From a virus, in the IMG/VR virus record IMGVR_UViG_3300037483_001670, positions 118,424-182,423 of that record: a stretch of DNA of 64,000 nt; one strand, written 5' to 3'. A program made the position numbers and the translations under genes. The notes below the pieces were generated by a model. The model ran no database searches. It was not told where the DNA came from and was given only the letters and a program-made list of their open reading frames with translations. Below, piece after piece: positions 53,667-62,410 of the stretch (the first letter of the stretch is position 1; the number at the start of each line of letters is the position of its first letter).

Positions 53667-56222
53667 ATGGCCAAAGGGTACACCCGCAAAATCACCCGTA
53701 AGCAGGCGCTCAGCTACGAGCGTTTGACACCGAACGGCATCGGCGTGACCGCCATCGCCGCGGTGAACGGGCGTCGGCGCAAGAAGAAGCCGGCGCGCAA
53801 GAACGCGTCGCGCGTGAAGAGCGTGTGGCGCGCGATCACGAGGGGCGCGGCCCCGACGACGCGGCGCCGCGCGAAGCGGCCGCTGTTGCGCGCTCGGTAC
53901 ACTGCGGTCGGCGCGCGGAGCGAGCTTCGTCACCTGAAGAGCCAGAAGCGCTTCACACCGGCCGAGCTGAAGTCGCTCGGGCGCGGCGGCCGCGTGAAGC
54001 GAGGTGGGTCGACGTACTACAGTCCGTACCTCTCTGGGTTTGCGCGTCAGCGCGGTGGTCGCGGCATTACGGCGAACCCTGGCGAAGCGCCGACCTGTCC
54101 TCCGGCAGCGACAGCAAATCGGCGGCGCAAGAAGAAGGGCGGCAAGGGTGCTGACTACCAGCGTCGTTACCGCCAGACCCGCGCCATTTTGGAGGCTCCC
54201 GTGAAACGCAGAGGCTCACGACGGCGGATTGCCGGCATGCCGGTCATCCCGATCACCGAAGAGCACGAGTGGACGCCGCACGTCGTACGCGGTCGGCGCC
54301 GGCGTCGTGCTTCGACCAAGGAGACAGCGATGAAGAGAAGGGCGAAGAAGCGTCGGACGCCGGCGCAGCGTGCCGCTTTCAAGAGGATGATCGCGGGGCT
54401 GAAGGCCTACAAGCGCAAGCAGGGTGGTGGTGGTGGCCGCAAAAAGGCGCGCCGCCGGGGCCGACGGAGCTACGCCGCGAACCGCAAGCTCACCAAAGCA
54501 CAGCGGAGAGTTGCGGGTCGGAAGGCGGCTCGAACGCGAAAGCGCAAGAAGGCAGTGCGATCTGCGGCTGCGAAGAAAGCAGCCCGGACCCGCAAGCGTC
54601 GCGGAGGTCGGAAGGTGCGGCGCAACGCGCGTCGACGCGCGCCGACGGCGACGTACGTCAAGAACCGCAAAGGTCGACGGGCAAGCTTCGCGCGGGTGAC
54701 CGCGACCGTCGGCAAGAGGAAGGTCAAGACCTACCTCTACAAGACCAAGCGTGGCGGCGTGAAACACGTTCCGGTGTACGCGCTCGCGGGCATGCGCTCG
54801 CGAAAAGCCATGGGCGCTGCCCTTCAAAAAGGCGGCAAGACAGCGGATCGGATTCGCCGGCGCGTGGCGGCGATTCGACGCCAACGAGAGCGAGCGTCGC
54901 GACGTGTGATGTTGCACGGCGACATTTTCACCCCCAACCGCGGGACCAGTGTCCCGTTTTCAACGTGGAGTAAGTCCATGAGACCGAACCGTCGCAAGAG
55001 GAAGTCAACGTCGCGGAGCTCCAAGCGGAGCCGAGCAGCCAAGAAGGCAGCGCGTACGCGCAAGCTGAAGCACGCGATCCGGGTGCGAGCGGCCAAGAAG
55101 GCTGCCCGTACGCGTCGTCGCAAGGGCGGCGGTCGTCGGCGGAAGAAGTACTCCGCGAACCGTCGCGGGCTCGCGCTCGTGAACCGCAAGCGTCGTCGCA
55201 GCCGCAAGGGCACGAAGAAGGTCACGCGTCGTCGTCGCCGTCGTGTCGCAGCGGCAGCGCCGGTGAAGCGCCGTCGTCGTCGCTCGAGCGGGCGTCGCAA
55301 GCGCTACGCGGCCAACCGCCGTCGTCGGTCGTACGCGAGCTTGCCGGCCAAGGGTCCGTTCTACGCGAACCGCCGTCGTCGGTCGCGTCGCCGGTACCAC
55401 GCGAACGCCTTCAAGGCGAAGGACTTCATGAAGCAGTTCACCGGGGCGCTGAAGCTCGGTCTCGCGGTGTCCATCGGCTTCATCGGTCACCGAGCTCTCT
55501 CGAAGGTGCTCTCGAGGGGCCTCGTGAGCATGGGCGCGGGCAACACGCTCGGCACTTGGACCGACACGGTCGCTCAACTCCTCGTTGCGGGTGGCGGCAT
55601 GCTCGGCCTCGCGGCTCTCGGCGAGAAGCGCAAGCCCTCGGAACGAGCGGCCATCGGGCAGGTCAACGCGGGCGTCTTCGGATCGTTCGTGCATGCCCTC
55701 GTCACGATGCTCGTTCGCCAGGCGGCTCCGCAGTACACCGAGTACCTCTCGGGGTACCCGGATGCGCAGGGTCGGGCGTTCTCGGAGTACATCGCCACCA
55801 GCGGCTTCGGTTCGCCGATGCTTTCGCAAGCGGCGGCGGGCTTCGGTCAGCATCCGATGCTCTCGCAGGCGGCTGCGGGCATCGGCGAGTACATCGCCAC
55901 GAGCGGCTTCGGTCAACCGATGCTTTCGCAGGCGGCTGCGGGCATCGGCGAGTACATCGCGACGGGCGTCAGTGGCATCGGTGACTACGAAATGGTCGCC
56001 GGTACCGGCAGCGCCTTCGGAGTCGAGGACGACGGCATCCGCCCGAACCTCGATTCGGCCGAGCACGCGCTCAACATCGCCGAGGCCGCTGCCGGCGTCG
56101 GAATCGGAGACCTGCCGACCTCGAGTCAGCAGTACCCGATGATGGTCGCGAAGCCGATCTCGGACGTGCCCACCGGGGCGCGCGCGGGTTCGTTCGCGGG
56201 TCAAAACGGCATCTTCGGCTGA
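53667..56222 (+). CDS. Arg/Lys-rich protamine/H1-like DNA-condensing core protein with hydrophobic C-terminal domain
   Basis: about 580 aa of R/K runs, 4x KAARTR, 15 Asn mostly in hydrophobic-x-x-N context; then 3 hydrophobic helices and EYIATSGFG..PMLSQAAAG repeats. Confidence 0.8.
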   Translation: MAKGYTRKITRKQALSYERLTPNGIGVTAIAAVNGRRRKKKPARKNASRVKSVWRAITRGAAPTTRRRAKRPLLRARYTAVGARSELRHLKSQKRFTPAELKSLGRGGRVKRGGSTYYSPYLSGFARQRGGRGITANPGEAPTCPPAATANRRRKKKGGKGADYQRRYRQTRAILEAPVKRRGSRRRIAGMPVIPITEEHEWTPHVVRGRRRRRASTKETAMKRRAKKRRTPAQRAAFKRMIAGLKAYKRKQGGGGGRKKARRRGRRSYAANRKLTKAQRRVAGRKAARTRKRKKAVRSAAAKKAARTRKRRGGRKVRRNARRRAPTATYVKNRKGRRASFARVTATVGKRKVKTYLYKTKRGGVKHVPVYALAGMRSRKAMGAALQKGGKTADRIRRRVAAIRRQRERASRRVMLHGDIFTPNRGTSVPFSTWSKSMRPNRRKRKSTSRSSKRSRAAKKAARTRKLKHAIRVRAAKKAARTRRRKGGGRRRKKYSANRRGLALVNRKRRRSRKGTKKVTRRRRRRVAAAAPVKRRRRRSSGRRKRYAANRRRRSYASLPAKGPFYANRRRRSRRRYHANAFKAKDFMKQFTGALKLGLAVSIGFIGHRALSKVLSRGLVSMGAGNTLGTWTDTVAQLLVAGGGMLGLAALGEKRKPSERAAIGQVNAGVFGSFVHALVTMLVRQAAPQYTEYLSGYPDAQGRAFSEYIATSGFGSPMLSQAAAGFGQHPMLSQAAAGIGEYIATSGFGQPMLSQAAAGIGEYIATGVSGIGDYEMVAGTGSAFGVEDDGIRPNLDSAEHALNIAEAAAGVGIGDLPTSSQQYPMMVAKPISDVPTGARAGSFAGQNGIFG
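55786..55970 (+). repeat. tandem coding repeats EYIAT(SGFG)/PMLSQAAAG(I/F)G x3
   Basis: gagtacatcgc and ccgatgct.tcgca repeated three times. Confidence 0.8.
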
Positions 56223-56232
56223 TAGCAGCTCA

Positions 56233-56274
56233 GGGTTCGCGCTCGAGGGTGGGTTCCTGCTCGAGCGCGGACCC
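56233..56274 (+). other. 15-bp stem-loop upstream of the major capsid candidate
   Basis: GGGTTCGCGCTCGAG / CTCGAGCGCGGACCC. Confidence 0.65.
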
Positions 56275-56384
56275 AGGAAATCTCAGGGACTCACCCCCCA
56301 CAACTCTCCAAGGCCAACGGGACACCGGACCTTAGCTCAAAGACGGTCAAGCCGAAGAGAACTGGAAAGAGAGAAAGCAACATC

Positions 56385-57152
56385 ATGGCCAAGCTCACCA
56401 ACGTTCGCGAGCGCGTGCATCAGCCGTTTCGCGACAGTCTCGTCCGCACGAGCGGCTGGTTCGTCGGCAATCTGACGGACCGGACCGATCTCTTCACCCA
56501 GGCCGGCAAGGACGACGCGTCCACCAACCTGAAGAACGGCTCTACGCTTCCGTCCGACCAATCGATGGTCGTGCTGGCGTGCCGCGTCTTCTCGTGGTTC
56601 CGCCAGTCGATTCAGCGTTCGGCAACCACCATCGACGTCGGCAACGTGTGGTCGCCGGCGGATCGAAACGGCGATTTTGCCATCGCGGCTGCCAACTTCG
56701 GCACCGCGGGCGTGCTGCTCAATGGATCCACGGTGGGCGACGTCCACGACGTCTACCGTCTCCACTGGCAGTCGTCCGAGCAGCTCCTCTGGAGCTTCGG
56801 AGCCGGTGACAAGTTCTCGATCACCTCGATGCCCTCGGCGTACTTCCCGTACGGCGGCGGTCTCCATGGCGACATGGGCGGCGTGACCGACCTCATCCAC
56901 TGGAACAACGGCTTGCCGGACCACACCGGCATCCTGCGCCTCGCCCGCGCGATCCTCCTGCCCCCGCGGCAGAACATCAAGTGCCAGGCTCAAATCGTCG
57001 CGCTGCCGGACGGCGGCAACTCGGCGACCTTCGGCCTGACGCAGGGCGCGCGCAGCATGCTCTCGCTTACCTCCAACCTCAATGCGGTGGACGGCGTCGG
57101 CAAGAGCGTGTCGTTCACCTTCGACGGTCTCTTCTCCCGCGACGTTCAGTAG
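56385..57152 (+). CDS. major capsid protein candidate (single jelly-roll-like)
   Basis: 255 aa beta-rich, QPFRDS..LF...TNL...LPSDQSMVVLACRV...ILLPPRQNIKCQAQI...VSFTFDG; flanked by stem-loop and terminator; follows core protein. Confidence 0.6.
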   Translation: MAKLTNVRERVHQPFRDSLVRTSGWFVGNLTDRTDLFTQAGKDDASTNLKNGSTLPSDQSMVVLACRVFSWFRQSIQRSATTIDVGNVWSPADRNGDFAIAAANFGTAGVLLNGSTVGDVHDVYRLHWQSSEQLLWSFGAGDKFSITSMPSAYFPYGGGLHGDMGGVTDLIHWNNGLPDHTGILRLARAILLPPRQNIKCQAQIVALPDGGNSATFGLTQGARSMLSLTSNLNAVDGVGKSVSFTFDGLFSRDVQ

Positions 57153-57184
57153 TCGCGGTTTGCAGCAACGATCATGCAGTTGAA

Positions 57185-57246
57185 CGTGCCGCGGGCCTTC
57201 TCGTTATCCCCTTTCGGGCGGGTCCGCGGCACGATGTTGTTTTTTC
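57185..57246 (+). terminator. rho-independent terminator-like hairpin
   Basis: CGTGCCGCGG...CCGCGGCACG followed by T run. Confidence 0.65.
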
Positions 57247-57331
57247 TTCACTTCGGGGGCGTCCCTTCGAGGTGATGTTCGTCCGCTCGGCAGATTGATG
57301 CGCTCCGACGGGCTGGAAGGAGGCATCGATC

Positions 57332-58438
57332 ATGTCACAAGGTATGCCGGGCGCAGTCAATATCGGTCCGCAGCTCTCGCAGTTCGCGCAGCAGATGCGT
57401 TCGGAGGTTCAGGGAGTTCTGAACAACCATGCGCAGTGGGTGCGCAAGGCCACCGCAGAGCAGCTCGGTGTCTTCGACGCGAGGCTCGGTGAGCTCTCCA
57501 AGATCGCGCAGGCCCTAGCGGCGACGCGCGCAGGGGGCGAGGGCATCAACTGGGAGCGTCGAACCGATCGCGGCATCGTCCGCATCGAGGACATTCCAGG
57601 ACGGCGGGTACCGTTCACGCTGCTGATGGACATCCCCATCGGCAACAACACGACCTCGCAGCGCGAGCAGTCGGTGACGATTTCGCAGGAGGGTCCGTTC
57701 GTCGCCGTGAAGCGCATGGCGACGTTCCAGTCGAGCCTCCAGTTTCAGGTGACGTCGGGCTCTGCAACGGCGATCTTCGCCGGCCGATCGTTCGGACGCT
57801 ACCGGCCCATTCATTCGGCCTGGGATATCTTCGACGCGCATGGGCAGGCGGGCTACGACGGTTCGCTGGTCTTCCGCGATCTCGTGCGGTCCGCCGGCGC
57901 GATCGATCTCTCGCAGCCGATCAGCGGCACGCCCGCAGGCACTGCGCCCTTCCCGGTCATCCTGGGAGCGCCTCCCATCGTGTCGGCGGTTTCGAACTTT
58001 CGCACCATGGAGTTCGACGGTCGCATCCTCGTCATCAACGCGGGCTCGAGCTACCCGAGGCAGAACATCTCGGTGCCGAGCTCGATGTGGAGCCCGCAGA
58101 TCAACGCACCGCAGGAGCTCGGGGCCCTCGACTTCTTCGAGCGCGGCGAGATCATCACCGTGCAGGTGCAGCCGAACCACGTCAACAACCCCCCGGCGGG
58201 CAACGCGAACGGCAACACGCTCTTCAACCTGGGCGCGGCCGCAACGCCGTTCCCGTTCGAGAATGGGCAGTACGACCCGCACGAAGGGATCGCGACGCTC
58301 TCGGGGCTCACGGTTACCGCGGTCGGTCCGCGCCAGGTGGGGGGGCTCGCCACCGACATCATCCAGCGTCTGCCGGACGGTATCCTTACCATCGGCTGGG
58401 AAGGCTACCGAATCATTCAGCCGGTCGGGCCGGTCTAG
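57332..58438 (+). CDS. second capsid/penton candidate (jelly-roll-like)
   Basis: SVTISQEGPFVAVKR...GRILVINAGSSYPRQN...IITVQV...LTIGWEGYR. Confidence 0.55.
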   Translation: MSQGMPGAVNIGPQLSQFAQQMRSEVQGVLNNHAQWVRKATAEQLGVFDARLGELSKIAQALAATRAGGEGINWERRTDRGIVRIEDIPGRRVPFTLLMDIPIGNNTTSQREQSVTISQEGPFVAVKRMATFQSSLQFQVTSGSATAIFAGRSFGRYRPIHSAWDIFDAHGQAGYDGSLVFRDLVRSAGAIDLSQPISGTPAGTAPFPVILGAPPIVSAVSNFRTMEFDGRILVINAGSSYPRQNISVPSSMWSPQINAPQELGALDFFERGEIITVQVQPNHVNNPPAGNANGNTLFNLGAAATPFPFENGQYDPHEGIATLSGLTVTAVGPRQVGGLATDIIQRLPDGILTIGWEGYRIIQPVGPV

Positions 58439-58441
58439 CCT

Positions 58442-59362
58442 ATGTCTGGTGGTATGAACCGCCAAGACGCTCTCAAGCTGCTCAAAGATTTTGGGCGGAC
58501 GGGGGGCCTGGGTGCGGCGCCCGAGTTGGCGCCGCAACAGGGCCCTCCTGCGCCCGCTCCGAACGCAATGACGCCCGCTCCGCTGAAGCCTGCGCCTGCC
58601 GTTGTGTTCGCTCCCGCTCCGGGTCCGCCCTCTGCGGCGAACGCGGGGGAGCTCGCTGGTCAGACGGTGGGGCCGCCCGGGATGGGCGTTCCGCCGACCG
58701 ACGTGCACCAGGCTGGTGGCGAGCTCCTCGCGCGCCTTCAGCATCCGGAGTTCCAGACGATGGAGGAGCTCTACCGGATCCTTCCGGAGGACAGCTGGTT
58801 TCAGCCGAGCGTTTCGCCGGGCAACCCGATCCAGTTCGAGCTCGGCTCCTTCACTGTGCCAAACAGCCAGCATTACTGGCTCTTCGACTACGAATTTTCG
58901 ATCTTCCGTTTCAGCGGCCTCGACGCCGGCGACATCCTGAAGTCCGAAGCGGGGCGCTACTCCGGCGTCATGGGCTTCGACGTCACGATCGACGGACGTC
59001 GGCCGTCGCACTTGCTCTACCAGCTCGATCCGCAGCCGGCACAGCTTCAGCGCCAGACGTTCATTTCGTTCAACGCGCAGGGCGGCACCAACAACAACAG
59101 CGCGTTCAACCGATCGACGGCGCAGAGCTTTGCGGCGACCGCGTCGCAGGGCACCTCGGTCTTGCCGGTGCGCCGCGCGATGCAGGGGCCGGAGGGGATG
59201 CCGTTCACGTTCATCGCGAGGCAGCAAGCGAAGGTGTCGCTCTCCATCATCATCTTCAAGCGGGTGCTGACGCCGATCGCGGCCGTCGAGGGGCGGCACG
59301 CTGGGTACCTGCTTCAGTCGAGTCTCGCCGAATCGCTCATCCTTCGCATGAGGCCGAGGTAA
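58442..59362 (+). CDS. third capsid-like protein, Pro/Ala-rich N-arm + beta-sandwich
   Basis: IQFELGSFTVPNSQHYWLFDYEFSI...FTFIA...VSLSIIIF. Confidence 0.55.
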   Translation: MSGGMNRQDALKLLKDFGRTGGLGAAPELAPQQGPPAPAPNAMTPAPLKPAPAVVFAPAPGPPSAANAGELAGQTVGPPGMGVPPTDVHQAGGELLARLQHPEFQTMEELYRILPEDSWFQPSVSPGNPIQFELGSFTVPNSQHYWLFDYEFSIFRFSGLDAGDILKSEAGRYSGVMGFDVTIDGRRPSHLLYQLDPQPAQLQRQTFISFNAQGGTNNNSAFNRSTAQSFAATASQGTSVLPVRRAMQGPEGMPFTFIARQQAKVSLSIIIFKRVLTPIAAVEGRHAGYLLQSSLAESLILRMRPR

Positions 59363-59364
59363 AC

Positions 59365-59496
59365 ATGACCCTCGCCTCGATCGCACAGCACTGCATGTGG
59401 GTCCGCACCGGGCAGGCCGAAAGTGTGCCTGCTTGGCTCAGCTACTGCCCTTGTGGTGCTTTGCGATCGAGGCGAGCGTCCGAAGGGGGACCGTGA
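59365..59496 (+). CDS. very small hypothetical protein
   Basis: coupled 43 aa ORF. Confidence 0.3.
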   Translation: MTLASIAQHCMWVRTGQAESVPAWLSYCPCGALRSRRASEGGP

Positions 59497-60188
59497 GCTA
59501 TGAGCTTGCAGCTCGCCCCCGCCGCCCGGGTCTCGGGGATGTCGATCCCTGGGAATACGTGTGGGCGCATGCGCTCACAACGGACGCGGTCTACGTGCTC
59601 CGACTTCGGGTCACGGGAGTTGCGCTCCGCGATCCGACCGATGCGCTGCTCTTCGCGCGCGCGGCCGGTCAAGGTCAAAACCTCGCCCTGGACGTGCGAG
59701 GCGTCGCTGTTTCTCAACCGCGGGGCGCGGCGAGCGACGAGTATGTGGTCGACATCATTTTCACAACGTCCGCTTTGCGGGTCGCGGTGCTCTGGGCCGA
59801 CGGCGCGGCCGACATGGCGCGCAAGATCGCGGCCGATCCGGATCTCCGCGCGCGCTACCCGGGGGTCAGCATTGCGGGGCCTGTCTTCGGCGCGCTCGCC
59901 GCGCCGGCCGAAGCGATCGATCATTGGCGTGCGCAGCCGGTGCTTTGGGATCATGCGATCAGCGGGCCGCGGCAGCTCGGCGGTCCGACCGACTCGTTTG
60001 CGCAGCCGGCCGACTACAACGTCGTCAAGGGCAAGGCAGACGACGGATCGCGCGCGGTGCCGTGGGTCATTCCAAAGGGAGGTCTTGGGCCGCCCCCGAA
60101 GCCCATGGAAGCCTCGTGGATGGTGGCGGGTGGACTCGGTGTCGTGCTCGTAGGTGTTTGGCTATCGAGAAAGGAAACCAGGCGATGA
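59493..60188 (+). CDS. tail-anchored protein (MSY...GLGD)
   Basis: GTG start, C-terminal TM, RKETRR. Confidence 0.7.
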   Translation: MSYELAARPRRPGLGDVDPWEYVWAHALTTDAVYVLRLRVTGVALRDPTDALLFARAAGQGQNLALDVRGVAVSQPRGAASDEYVVDIIFTTSALRVAVLWADGAADMARKIAADPDLRARYPGVSIAGPVFGALAAPAEAIDHWRAQPVLWDHAISGPRQLGGPTDSFAQPADYNVVKGKADDGSRAVPWVIPKGGLGPPPKPMEASWMVAGGLGVVLVGVWLSRKETRR

Positions 60189-60679
60189 GTTACTACATGT
60201 TGAACGGAATGAGCGGCCCGGATGGTCTCGGCTACTACGCTGGACTCGGCGCCGATCCGGCCTTCAACCCCGCTGCCGTGTACGCGGCGTGGATGGAGCA
60301 GACGACGGCGAACGCCAACAACGCGGTCAAGACGATCCAGGCCGGGCTGAACACGCTCGGATTCGGACCGCTCGTCGTCGATGGCGTGTGGGGCTCGGGC
60401 TCGTCGCGAGCGTTCCTCGCGTTCGCGCAGAAGAACGGCGCCTCCACCATCTCGAGCTGCCCTGGCTCGAAGCCGGGTGTCTCGCCGGTCGTGCCGGGCT
60501 CGTGTCCCACCAAGGACGGCATCGAGAAAATGGCGGTCCTTCTCGCGAAGGGCGGCCAGTCGCAAGCGAGCATGTTTCTCGCGGGCGGCCTCGGTCTCGT
60601 CGCGGTGGTCGGTCTCGGCCTCCTCGCCATGGGCAGCAAGAAGAAGAAGTCGTCTTCTTCGCGCAGCCACGCGGTGTAA
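60185..60679 (+). CDS. tail-anchored protein with peptidoglycan-binding domain
   Basis: MSY, GLG x2, VKTIQAGLNTLGFGPLVVDGVWG, TM, KKKK. Confidence 0.8.
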   Translation: MSYYMLNGMSGPDGLGYYAGLGADPAFNPAAVYAAWMEQTTANANNAVKTIQAGLNTLGFGPLVVDGVWGSGSSRAFLAFAQKNGASTISSCPGSKPGVSPVVPGSCPTKDGIEKMAVLLAKGGQSQASMFLAGGLGLVAVVGLGLLAMGSKKKKSSSSRSHAV

Positions 60680-60682
60680 CGG

Positions 60683-60925
60683 ATGGCGTGCCCCGGTTGC
60701 CTCGTCGCAGTTGCCGGCCCCGACGACGTGAGTACGTCGGAAGGGTCGAGCACTGCGAGGTTGGCGAAGGGGGCGGCCATCTTTGGCGGCGGGGTCATCG
60801 CTGGCATCGTGGTCGCGACGGTCTTCGCGCTCCGTGATGCGGAAAAGATGCTCAGCGAGCGGCGCGGTTACGCTCGCAACCGTCGCAAGCGGTACCGGCG
60901 AAACTGCGGTTGTGGAGGACACTGA
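60683..60925 (+). CDS. small TM protein with basic YxRN tail
   Basis: TM then GYARNRRKRYRRNCGC. Confidence 0.7.
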   Translation: MACPGCLVAVAGPDDVSTSEGSSTARLAKGAAIFGGGVIAGIVVATVFALRDAEKMLSERRGYARNRRKRYRRNCGCGGH

Positions 60926-61179
60926 TCGTGGCGTTACCTGGGATTCCGAATCTGCCGTACTCCGAGATGCTCCAAGCTGCTCAGCATGGGTCGCCTGCCC
61001 TGCTCGGCGCTGTCGGGCGTGCGTTCGGGTTGGCAGAGCCGGAGCGGGCGGCCCTGGCGAACGGCAAAATCCCCGCGTGGTTCTGGGTGACGATCGGTGT
61101 TGGGCTCGGCGTCGTGGCAGGCATCCGGCTGCACAAGGCGATGCCCACAAAAATCCCCGAGTGGCTAGCGGGCAAGTGA
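60910..61179 (+). CDS. small membrane protein
   Basis: WFWVTIGVGLGVVAGIRL. Confidence 0.65.
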   Translation: MWRTLIVALPGIPNLPYSEMLQAAQHGSPALLGAVGRAFGLAEPERAALANGKIPAWFWVTIGVGLGVVAGIRLHKAMPTKIPEWLAGK

Positions 61180-61191
61180 GGAGATAGGACG

Positions 61192-61470
61192 ATGTCGTAC
61201 ACTTCATTCGGAGAAGAGATCGCCAGGCCGACGAAAGCGCTCATCGATTCGGGCCAGCTTCAGCTGCCCATCTTGACGAGGCTCCTCATCTCGGGACCGG
61301 GCGAGCCGGCGCCGACGGCGCCGAGTCCTGACGGCTCGGTGCAGTCGACGTACGCGATGACGTCGCCTCCGCAGGATGGCGGCTCGATCGTGTACATCGG
61401 GCTCGGTGTCGCGGCGCTCGCGCTCGGCGGCGCGTTCTACGCCAAGTACCGCAAGCGGAAGGCTGGATAG
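61192..61470 (+). CDS. small tail-anchored protein (MSY)
   Basis: TM, KYRKRK. Confidence 0.75.
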   Translation: MSYTSFGEEIARPTKALIDSGQLQLPILTRLLISGPGEPAPTAPSPDGSVQSTYAMTSPPQDGGSIVYIGLGVAALALGGAFYAKYRKRKAG

Positions 61471-61474
61471 CGCG

Positions 61475-62401
61475 ATGTCGTACGCGGTCATGGGAGCTCG
61501 CCGGGGCCTGGGCATCACCCTGGACCCAAGCGGCGGGAACATCGTCCAGCCGGCGCAGAGGCCTGGCGACTGGGTGCCGGACGCCGCGGGGACGTGCTGC
61601 CCGCCGCTCGCGGACATGCTGGCGCACGGGTACTACGACGTCGTCGAGCAGCATCAGCTCGATCTCAACGCGAAATATGGGTGGCCCGCCAATTCGTGCA
61701 CGGCGCTCATTCCGCGGGGCAAGTGGCCGCCCGAGTGGAAGTGCAACCTGCCGAACGCGATGATCATCGGCAACACGAAGCCGGCCCAGTACGCGAGCTC
61801 GGGCGATTACATCGACGCGATCCGCGCAGGCAAGGAGCGTCCTCCGACGAGGTTTCCGGCGCTCTACGCCGCTCCTGCTTCGCCAGTGACGTCGCTCATT
61901 TCCCGCGTCGCGCAGGCGACGATTCAGCCCATCGTTGCAGCGATGACGCCCGCTCCGCCACCGGCCGCTCCGTCGGCGCCCCCACCTCCTGCTGGGAGCC
62001 AGTACGAGCAGTTTCGAGCGGGCTGTTTGCAGGGGCTTTACGCGCCGAACTGGTGCGAGAGCGTCGGGCTTCCCGGCGTTCCTCCGTTCGTGCCGCCGCC
62101 CCCTCCTCCGCCCCCACCGCCTCAGCAGTTGCCGCCGCCTTCCGCGGCTCCGCCGCCGCCGTCCGGGCAGCTGCCGCAGTGCCCGCCCGGGCAATATTGG
62201 GGCGGCTACGGATGCGTGCCGCAGGGCACGACGTCGTCGCTGCTTCCGCAGCCCTACCCGCCGCCGGGTTACCCGCAACCGTACGCAGCGGGTGGCGGAT
62301 GGTGGGCCGCGCAAGCGCCCAACACGAAGCTCGCGATCGTGGGAGGCGGCGCAGCGGCAGCGCTCCTCTTGGTGTTCATGGCAACGCGCGGAGGAGCGTA
62401 G
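61475..62401 (+). CDS. Pro-rich tail-anchored protein, paralog of 37518-38120
   Basis: MSY..RRGLG, shared CCPPL domain, poly-Pro stalk, CPPGQYWGGYGC, TM. Confidence 0.8.
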   Translation: MSYAVMGARRGLGITLDPSGGNIVQPAQRPGDWVPDAAGTCCPPLADMLAHGYYDVVEQHQLDLNAKYGWPANSCTALIPRGKWPPEWKCNLPNAMIIGNTKPAQYASSGDYIDAIRAGKERPPTRFPALYAAPASPVTSLISRVAQATIQPIVAAMTPAPPPAAPSAPPPPAGSQYEQFRAGCLQGLYAPNWCESVGLPGVPPFVPPPPPPPPPPQQLPPPSAAPPPPSGQLPQCPPGQYWGGYGCVPQGTTSSLLPQPYPPPGYPQPYAAGGGWWAAQAPNTKLAIVGGGAAAALLLVFMATRGGA

Positions 62402-62410
62402 GAGGACGTC

